64,000 nt of DNA from a virus, in IMG/VR virus record IMGVR_UViG_3300002141_000156, positions 1 to 64,000 of that record, one strand, 5' to 3'. Below are positions 9,930-16,645 of the stretch, in pieces. Below the pieces are notes generated by a model, which did not search any database, was not told where the DNA came from, and was given only the letters and a program-made list of their open reading frames with translations. Positions within the stretch are counted from its first letter, which is position 1. Each line of letters opens with the position of its first letter. The position numbers were made by a program, and so were the translations under genes.

Positions 9930-10608
9930 CGTCTTTTAAATTTTCAAGTTCATCATTTTCTAATTCGTCAATTCCATCTTGCGTCTCTGGAAATTTAAAA
10001 GTAGGCTTGATAATATTCTCATCAAGGTCATGTAATACAGTATCTGTGAATAATTTAGCAGAGAAAAAATCTCTAACCGGAACCTCATCACCATTATGAC
10101 GAATGATATAATTTTTTGCCTGTATGCTAGGCTTTACATACCAAACTTCTCCGCTTACTTCAAATTTATGGCATTTTGTTTGGTCTTCTGGCTTAAGCTT
10201 TGAAAATTCCTTTTCAGTTAATTTAGAACCACGAACAACTCCGCAATTTTCCCAATTAACGAATTGTTCAAGACCAACATATGGATTCATGCCTTTATGG
10301 AAAGAAATATGGAATTCAATATCTAGTGGTTTAGCTAATCGGTTCTTTCTAGTCTTAGAACGAACAATAATTCCAGTAGTAGTTTTAGCCTCATCGCGTA
10401 GTGTACCTTTACTTAGCATTAAGATAATTGATGCTGAGAATTCAGGACCTCCACCACCAGACATACCTTTTGGAGTATATTGATCCATTGAATTATGGGA
10501 GACAACGGTGTTTGATAGAATGTAGTGGTGGACATCCTTAACTTGTATATCATATACTTTTTCAGAATTGTCAATGGTTTTAACTGATTTAATTTTTATT
10601 TTATTCAT
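9913..10608 (-). CDS. uvsX: split-intein C fragment fused to the C-terminal half of UvsX/RecA recombinase
   Basis: Start reassigned to ATG 10608. MNKIKIKSVK...VYDIQV...YILSNTVVSHN is followed by SMDQYTPKGMSGGGGPEFSASIILML...KNRLAKP (RecA L2 loop and downstream strands). Confidence 0.9.
   Translation of the reverse strand: MNKIKIKSVKTIDNSEKVYDIQVKDVHHYILSNTVVSHNSMDQYTPKGMSGGGGPEFSASIILMLSKGTLRDEAKTTTGIIVRSKTRKNRLAKPLDIEFHISFHKGMNPYVGLEQFVNWENCGVVRGSKLTEKEFSKLKPEDQTKCHKFEVSGEVWYVKPSIQAKNYIIRHNGDEVPVRDFFSAKLFTDTVLHDLDENIIKPTFKFPETQDGIDELENDELENLKDDETAL
10492..10608 (-). mobile_element. split intein C-fragment (39 aa)
   Basis: Block F VYDIQV, block G VVSHN, +1 Ser nucleophile, Lys-rich N-terminus. 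Confidence 0.92.
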
Positions 10609-11653
10609 AGCGTTTAAATAATATAGTATTTTTTTGTATATCAACTATTGCATAAATGAAGTTGATTCCTTTTTCTTTTACTGACTTTCTCTTATTTGGA
10701 TCAGCAAACTTATAAGTATAACTTGACTTAACTTCAATTACTAAATTTTTGGACTCAATATAGAAATCTGGTATGTATCTATGTTGCTTGCCGGTTTGAA
10801 TATATGTACAACCTATTTTTTGATACGATGCATACCCTATAGTTATTTCAGATTCATTAAACTTAGTTAATAAGTAATCGAGAAAAGTTGGTTCATAGCC
10901 TAATAAGTTAACTATTTTGCCACTAGGTAATATATATTTTTTGTACTTAAATTGTAGATGATATTCATTGAAAAACTTTTCTAAAAATTCATCATTTTGC
11001 ATGTGACTCGACACACCATATTTCTTAAGACATGTTTCTTTTATTTTATCTTTAGTTGCTTGTGTATGCATCACATTGTCAACACCATACTTTTCCAAGC
11101 AAGTCTGCTTACGTGCTTCTAGAGCTTGTTTAGAGCGTGCTTTATTTCCTTTTGAAACTTTTTCCTTAATTAATGAATTTTTATTCGGATTGTCATATCC
11201 GTAATTTAAAATGAAAGTTTCTATAACTTTTTTCCTACCTTCAATTGAATGAAGATTTGAAATATGTCCACCTCTCTCTAAATTTGTAGCTTCACGCTTT
11301 CTACGAATTTCAAGTTTCTCATCGTCCGTCCTTTTAGAAAAAGCTTTGACTAAAGAGGCTGACCTCTTTGCTTGCACTTCAGTTAATCCATTATTGAAAT
11401 CAGCTGCACATTTTTTGTTACAGAATTCAATTCGAATTTTTGGCAACGGTGTTCCACATTGCTTGCACTTAATTTGTTCAATCAATCTAGTTCGAATGTG
11501 AAACAATCGGAATGGAACATCTGAGCTTTCTGGAAGAAATGAAGTTTGTGAAATTATAAAATCATAGAATTCACGGTCCTTTCTAATTGCTTTGGATAAA
11601 GAAGCTAACGCTAAATTTGATGCTGCCATAATTCTTTGTAAAAAATCGTGCAT
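10601..11653 (-). CDS. free-standing putative homing endonuclease (PD-(D/E)XK type)
   Basis: CKQC/CNKKC Zn motif, repeated (K/E)TxLxKYGV-like helices, C-terminal YIPDFY...VIEVKS; lies between the two intein halves. Confidence 0.82.
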   Translation of the reverse strand: MHDFLQRIMAASNLALASLSKAIRKDREFYDFIISQTSFLPESSDVPFRLFHIRTRLIEQIKCKQCGTPLPKIRIEFCNKKCAADFNNGLTEVQAKRSASLVKAFSKRTDDEKLEIRRKREATNLERGGHISNLHSIEGRKKVIETFILNYGYDNPNKNSLIKEKVSKGNKARSKQALEARKQTCLEKYGVDNVMHTQATKDKIKETCLKKYGVSSHMQNDEFLEKFFNEYHLQFKYKKYILPSGKIVNLLGYEPTFLDYLLTKFNESEITIGYASYQKIGCTYIQTGKQHRYIPDFYIESKNLVIEVKSSYTYKFADPNKRKSVKEKGINFIYAIVDIQKNTILFKRYE

Positions 11654-11665
11654 GTCCTTTTATTT

Positions 11666-11674
11666 TTATTTATC
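11666..11674 (-). promoter_or_regulatory. putative late promoter GATAAATAA for the endonuclease
   Basis: Located in the 40-bp gap between the intein-N stop and the endonuclease ATG; identical to the motif upstream of the sheath gene. Confidence 0.55.
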
Positions 11675-11693
11675 ATAGATACGCAAGCATTTT

Positions 11694-12590
11694 TTATTTA
11701 CATATAATTTCAGATCCTTCGACTAAGTCAATTGCTTCGATCCAATGCTCTTCATTTGACCAATCATCTCCAACTAAGAACTTATGATTTGGCGTGCATT
11801 TAATAATCGTATCATCTTCTAATACGATTTCGATTAATTTTGCACAATCGTATTGAAATATGTTTTCAATCGGTTTTAATCCATCTAACGTTTCAACAAA
11901 TTGCCCCACCTCAACCTCAGAAATTTTAAGTTCACCATGATCTGTTAGAATCTTATGATCTCCTAAAATGCAGGCGTAAGTATGATTCGTGAAAATAAAT
12001 GGAACTTTAAGATTTGAAAGCTCAAGAGTAAAAGATTTGAATAGAGACCTCATCTCTTTAGAACGAAGACCCATATCTGCTGCATTTTTACCAGCATCCA
12101 TATCGCGTTTGCTCTTATCAGTATCTAACATACCTACTGAGTCGACAAATATTGCTGGTTTCAAACCTGGATTTTCTCGCATGGTTTCAATAAAGTCATT
12201 GATGAAAAATTTAACATCACTGATTAAACCCATACGTAAATATTTTAATCTGGCAAGATCTACTCCAAATTTTGTGTAGTCTGAACTATCAATTGCACCT
12301 TCGGTGTCAATATAGAAGACCATATAGTCTTTCTTTTGTAATTCACGAACTGCATTTAAACATAAGAAGGTTTTACCAGAGCCCGAGTCTCCAGCAATAC
12401 CAATACTTCGAGTATTTGGATAACCTCCGAAAACTGATCCGGACATTTGTGCATTTAATAGGTAGTTGCCGGTTGGGATATAATCATCGATATCTGAGAA
12501 TCCCATTAGTGTAATTTTGGTTTTTACTTTCTTTTCAAGCAAATCATTGAATTTGTTGAATGCTGAAAGTGCATCTTTTGCGCTTGCCAT
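11694..12590 (-). CDS. uvsX: N-terminal half of UvsX/RecA recombinase fused to split-intein N fragment
   Basis: PTGNYLLN..SGSVFGG, Walker A GDSGSGKT, YIDTEGA, Walker B IFVDSVG, MGLRSK, then FTNHTYA joined to intein start CILGD. Confidence 0.92.
   Translation of the reverse strand: MASAKDALSAFNKFNDLLEKKVKTKITLMGFSDIDDYIPTGNYLLNAQMSGSVFGGYPNTRSIGIAGDSGSGKTFLCLNAVRELQKKDYMVFYIDTEGAIDSSDYTKFGVDLARLKYLRMGLISDVKFFINDFIETMRENPGLKPAIFVDSVGMLDTDKSKRDMDAGKNAADMGLRSKEMRSLFKSFTLELSNLKVPFIFTNHTYACILGDHKILTDHGELKISEVEVGQFVETLDGLKPIENIFQYDCAKLIEIVLEDDTIIKCTPNHKFLVGDDWSNEEHWIEAIDLVEGSEIICK
11697..11972 (-). mobile_element. split intein N-fragment (92 aa)
   Basis: Block A CILGDHKILT, block B IKCTPNHKFL, WIEAIDLVEG; 21 D/E versus 7 K; ends in TAA. 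Confidence 0.92.
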
Positions 12591-12610
12591 AGACAGTATT
12601 TTTATTAATC

Positions 12611-12637
12611 TTCTACTTTATGATGAAGCAAAAGTTC
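12611..12637 (-). promoter_or_regulatory. putative early/middle promoter GAAC-N17-GTAGAA
   Basis: Matches a recurring bipartite motif; upstream of uvsX-N. Confidence 0.45.
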
Positions 12638-13204
12638 TTATTCTGAAAAATAAGAAAGTAATAATAGTGAACAGGAAAGTGCAATAGAATCTGATACTTC
12701 GCCTTTTAATAAGCGATTGAATCTCACCTTTTCAATTGATTGGATATTTGCGTTTGGATTGAAACCGGCTACTGAGAAGCCAGATGGATCTTTCATATAG
12801 TTACTTAAATTAATTCCATAACATCGATATTCCTTAGAAAAAGGAACGCCGTGCTTTACTTTACCTAAAAAGTAAATGTCATTAATATCAGTATCAGAAA
12901 GTCCAAGTTCATTATGAGCACAGTCTTCGACTGCATTATAATATGAATCAAATTTATTTTTATCAAATGTATCTGTGATGCAGGTAAAATCAACGCCGCC
13001 GAGTAAGTGGTCTTTGTATTTTGCAAGATAGATATTTTTGACTTGATCGTGTTCGTTTAAATCAAATGGAAGAATACAGATAGACTCCTCAGAACAGGCA
13101 AGTCTTCTAAATTTTCCACCATTACTAGAAAAAGAATACATCGAATATTTACCATCCGTGTATTCTTGCTTCTTGTCAAAACTTGTATTATCTTCGTGAT
13201 TCAT
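12638..13204 (-). CDS. Nudix-fold protein with degenerate Nudix box
   Basis: SICILPF...IYL followed by TDTFD...AVEDCAHNELGL, where the box is normally GxxxxxExxxxxxxREUxEExGU. Confidence 0.5.
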   Translation of the reverse strand: MNHEDNTSFDKKQEYTDGKYSMYSFSSNGGKFRRLACSEESICILPFDLNEHDQVKNIYLAKYKDHLLGGVDFTCITDTFDKNKFDSYYNAVEDCAHNELGLSDTDINDIYFLGKVKHGVPFSKEYRCYGINLSNYMKDPSGFSVAGFNPNANIQSIEKVRFNRLLKGEVSDSIALSCSLLLLSYFSE

Positions 13205-13841
13205 CTACTTCGGTTAAATTTATTGTAGGTTTATTCTCTCGCTTAATAATTACTGGCGGGGCTAGTACTGAGTGCATAGAGTCTTTAACTACTTGTTTAT
13301 TTATCATCCCATGCAAGTATTCGGCAAGTTCAGATAAAAACTTATCTTTATCTTCCGCACTTGTATACATCAACTTAAGTAGCTTTCTATCTGGCAACTT
13401 AACTGTTAAGTTGACAGATATTTGTGACTCTTCAGAATTAAACATAGCAAACATATTTGGTTTTGGAGTAGTTTGCTGTTCGATTACAGGTTGTTGCATT
13501 TGAGGTTGATTAAAAGTAGGGCCTGCACTGACTACTGGCTGCTGCACAGTATGTTGCGCAGTCGGCTGTGCAGGCTTTTGTATCTTTGCTCCACTAATTG
13601 ATTCAACTTCTGAACGACTTAATGGTTCCATGTCACCATGTAACATCAGTAAGTCCGAATTTAATCGAGAACTATCGATTTTTGAACCATCATCAAATGT
13701 TACCATGAAGCGAGCGCCAAACGGTTGAACATCTCGACATTTTACACATTTTCCCAAAAGTTCAGGGCGGTCAGTTTTTATCCATTGGAATTTCTGACCT
13801 GTAAAATTCTCCTTTAATGAAATTAATTTTTCAGTGTCCAT
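13188..13841 (-). CDS. hypothetical protein with Gln/Pro-rich linker
   Basis: Start reassigned to MDTEK (13841) to remove the overlap with 13864-14115. Confidence 0.7.
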   Translation of the reverse strand: MDTEKLISLKENFTGQKFQWIKTDRPELLGKCVKCRDVQPFGARFMVTFDDGSKIDSSRLNSDLLMLHGDMEPLSRSEVESISGAKIQKPAQPTAQHTVQQPVVSAGPTFNQPQMQQPVIEQQTTPKPNMFAMFNSEESQISVNLTVKLPDRKLLKLMYTSAEDKDKFLSELAEYLHGMINKQVVKDSMHSVLAPPVIIKRENKPTINLTEVDESRR

Positions 13842-13863
13842 TTTATTATTCTTTTTTATAGCA

Positions 13864-14115
13864 TTATACCAGCTCCGACATAGTTGAAGCATTTTTATTT
13901 TTTTCAATTTCAGTAAGATATTCTTCATTAAGTGTAATATCGTGGGTTGAAGTACTTGTTTTTGCGTCATATAGTGGTATAATAGTGACTGCCGACTTTT
14001 TATGGTATTCAGTTATTTTTTTACGAATTATTCTAACGTTACCGGGAGTCAAATTATTGCGAGTTGCATCAAGGACACCTTCGAGCCAGTTAATGAATTG
14101 TTCAGGAGTTTCCAT
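13864..14115 (-). CDS. hypothetical protein
   Basis: 83-aa ORF in operon (METPEQFINWLEG). Confidence 0.65.
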   Translation of the reverse strand: METPEQFINWLEGVLDATRNNLTPGNVRIIRKKITEYHKKSAVTIIPLYDAKTSTSTHDITLNEEYLTEIEKNKNASTMSELV

Positions 14116-14117
14116 AT

Positions 14118-14414
14118 TTATTGTGGATTATTTTTAGAGTGTAGTTCAGCGAAATATTTAGCTTCGACTTCTGCTTTGTCAAGCAGAAGAGCTGTGACTT
14201 CTTCACGAGTGAGTTTAATTAAGTCAGCAATTTCAATATCTGTTGCATTAATTGCATTTAGAACTGAAAATGCAACATCACTTAATTCATTGGTTCGATA
14301 TGTAAGTATATGGTATTCTGCCCCAAGTTTTTGATCGAGATCAAGATAAACTTGGTGTAGTGATTCAGCGGCAGCTGCTGCTGGAAACCCGACGATAAAT
14401 ATTGGTTTTGCCAT
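14118..14414 (-). CDS. hypothetical protein
   Basis: 98-aa ORF directly after the polymerase stop. Confidence 0.65.
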   Translation of the reverse strand: MAKPIFIVGFPAAAAAESLHQVYLDLDQKLGAEYHILTYRTNELSDVAFSVLNAINATDIEIADLIKLTREEVTALLLDKAEVEAKYFAELHSKNNPQ

Positions 14415-15839
14415 CTATAGTGAATTTTTTAGTTTTTTTATTTGACCTTGAGTACCAATACGTTCATTGTATAATCGGGTCAAGATTGTTCGAGCCGCAG
14501 AATCATTATCTGATGAAAATAGAGTATCGTTCTTGGTATGTATTTCACCACCTTTTAGTCGAACCTGATCACGCTTACCTAAGTAAGTATCTGGTGAAAT
14601 ATTAAACTGAATTTGAATATTTGGGTACATTGATGAAAAATCATAACATGCAATAGCATTATAGTGACCTGGAGTTGGTTTTTTAACATATGCTCCTTCA
14701 TATGTTGCAGTATTATCCTTTTGTTCTCCCCATGGAAGTTTCATCATTTTAAGATTCTTATTTAAGAACTCACGACACATTAGGATTTCAGCAACATACA
14801 CTGGACTAAATACTTTATTTACTTCGACTTGTGCAACGTTTGCAATTGAATATGCAACATCTAATAGCGAAAGCTTATCTTCAATTAACTTAACTAGAAC
14901 AACATCCACTACGTTATAGAGAGTAAATAAATATGTGTCTTTTTGGAATGCCAAGAATGATGGATAATCATGCTTGAGTTTATTTGCACCAAGCACAATA
15001 CCTGCAATATAATCCAATTTGTAATTTTCAACAACTTTATATGGTTTAAGTTTTTCAAACACTTGCATATAATCTAGAACTCCAAGGTGAGCAGGTATCT
15101 TATTTTTAGAAATAAGGGTACGAGACGGAAGATTAAGAGTAGTATCAATCTTCATGTTCTTACCGCGATTCATCAAATACTTCCAGTCAAAGTCAGTTAC
15201 ATTCCACCCAGTAACAAAAGATAGCTTCGGTACAATTTGATGGAAATAAAAGTTTAGAAGCTCAGTTTCAGTTTGGAAGAATTTATATTTGATTTTAAAA
15301 TCTTGCTGAAATAGAGCAGCATCTTGTGGGCGCAGTGGCTTTATTTTTCTAAAATAATCATTTACGTCTTTTTCCATACGTATTATATCATCAGCTGAAA
15401 GTCCAGCAGGATCGTCATCGTTATGTAAAATGGAAAGAATATATGTTACGTTATCTTCGTTACAGAATGAAATTAGTCCAACTGGCATTCTTGCACGTTC
15501 AGGATCAGGAAATGAATCATCAATTAATTTAATCTCAATATCAAGATATGTCTTCTTTGGAAAGTTGTCAAAATTATAGACAATTTCAAGTTCTTCAGCA
15601 GAAAGTTTCTCTTGCACTAATTCCTGAATTCGAAACTGAGTCATATATCTACCCTCAGTTGGACTCTTCTTCACATATTTGCCATCCCAATTTTTGGTGG
15701 CAGTTTTTGTTTTAGATTCAACCCAATTAAAGAGTTCATGATCGACTAATCTCTTTCTAATGAATTCGATTTTTCCTGCTTGATTATAGTAGGAAATAGC
15801 TAAGGTATTATCAGTAAGTACTTCTGCTCCAATTATCAT
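14415..15839 (-). CDS. family B DNA polymerase, N-terminal subunit (gp43A-like: exonuclease plus motif A)
   Basis: ExoI YLDIEI, ExoII GWNVTDFDWKYL, ExoIII YNVVDV, YEGAYVK, motif A YDFSSMYPNI; stops before motif B. Confidence 0.88.
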   Translation of the reverse strand: MIIGAEVLTDNTLAISYYNQAGKIEFIRKRLVDHELFNWVESKTKTATKNWDGKYVKKSPTEGRYMTQFRIQELVQEKLSAEELEIVYNFDNFPKKTYLDIEIKLIDDSFPDPERARMPVGLISFCNEDNVTYILSILHNDDDPAGLSADDIIRMEKDVNDYFRKIKPLRPQDAALFQQDFKIKYKFFQTETELLNFYFHQIVPKLSFVTGWNVTDFDWKYLMNRGKNMKIDTTLNLPSRTLISKNKIPAHLGVLDYMQVFEKLKPYKVVENYKLDYIAGIVLGANKLKHDYPSFLAFQKDTYLFTLYNVVDVVLVKLIEDKLSLLDVAYSIANVAQVEVNKVFSPVYVAEILMCREFLNKNLKMMKLPWGEQKDNTATYEGAYVKKPTPGHYNAIACYDFSSMYPNIQIQFNISPDTYLGKRDQVRLKGGEIHTKNDTLFSSDNDSAARTILTRLYNERIGTQGQIKKLKNSL

Positions 15840-15840
15840 C

Positions 15841-16068
15841 TTATGACTTTGGTTTAAATATTTCGTTTACATTACCACATTTTGCACAAGCAATTACCTG
15901 GATAGGAACAATTGAATCTTGGGCACCTCCTGTTAAAAACTTAGATACTCGTTTAATCATCATCATCTCTTCAAAAACGGTGTGCTGGCATGCCTCACAT
16001 TCAATATATGGTGCATCTTCAAGTTTAATGTTTAATTTTGGAGCTTCTCCTCCTGGTACCATGTCCAT
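15841..16068 (-). CDS. zinc-ribbon protein
   Basis: CEAC...CAKC pairs. Confidence 0.7.
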   Translation of the reverse strand: MDMVPGGEAPKLNIKLEDAPYIECEACQHTVFEEMMMIKRVSKFLTGGAQDSIVPIQVIACAKCGNVNEIFKPKS

Positions 16069-16085
16069 ATTTATGATTTTTTTAA

Positions 16086-16520
16086 TTAATATAATCCAGT
16101 TGACCCAAATCCGCCTTCTCCTCGTTCACTTATTTCAGGATAAAGTTCCTCTAATTGAACTTCTTCGACTTCTTCATAGTTCATTTTAAGCAAAACCATC
16201 TGAAGAAGCTTTTGGCCTGGAATAATTATTATACTAAGATCTGTTGGATTAAATAAATGTAAACTCAGTTCTCCTTGATAATCTTCATCGATTACACAAG
16301 CACCAACGTCCAATCCACCTAAAGCTACTCCTGACTTATTGAATGCAATTAGCGCGTATCCTTCAGGCACCCGTACCTTGATTCCAGATAGGATTCGAAT
16401 TGACTTGCCTGGAAAGACTGTGACTTCTTCAAAATTATTTGGAACATAGAAATCAATACCAGCAGCTTTAGAAGTGCCCCGAGTTGGTGTTTTTACGTCT
16501 TTAACTTTAGATATTTTCAT
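16086..16520 (-). CDS. dut: trimeric dUTPase
   Basis: AAGIDF, KSGVA, VIDEDYQGE, Q and RGEGGFGSTG motifs. Confidence 0.95.
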   Translation of the reverse strand: MKISKVKDVKTPTRGTSKAAGIDFYVPNNFEEVTVFPGKSIRILSGIKVRVPEGYALIAFNKSGVALGGLDVGACVIDEDYQGELSLHLFNPTDLSIIIIPGQKLLQMVLLKMNYEEVEEVQLEELYPEISERGEGGFGSTGLY

Positions 16521-16616
16521 ATGTACTTACAAAATAATATTTAATCTATTATACTTAAGCTAAGTCTCATGGATCTTTATTTTTAGTATTTTTTTCGATT
16601 TATTAAAATCTGTATG

Positions 16617-16625
16617 GATAAATAA
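16617..16625 (+). promoter_or_regulatory. putative late promoter GATAAATAA
   Basis: About 20 nt upstream of the tail sheath ATG. Confidence 0.6.
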
Positions 16626-16645
16626 TTAAAAATATCTGCATAGAA

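Noticed and set aside
10492-11972. Group I intron or a frameshifted contiguous intein in uvsX
   Set aside because: Both flanks carry protein-splicing motifs, IntC has its own coupled ATG, and the only non-coding space is 40 AT-rich bp, too little for a ribozyme core
14118-14417. TAG readthrough or recoding that fuses PolB to the next in-frame ORF
   Set aside because: The downstream ORF has no motif B or C, and genes elsewhere are intact in the standard code with TAG used as a normal stop
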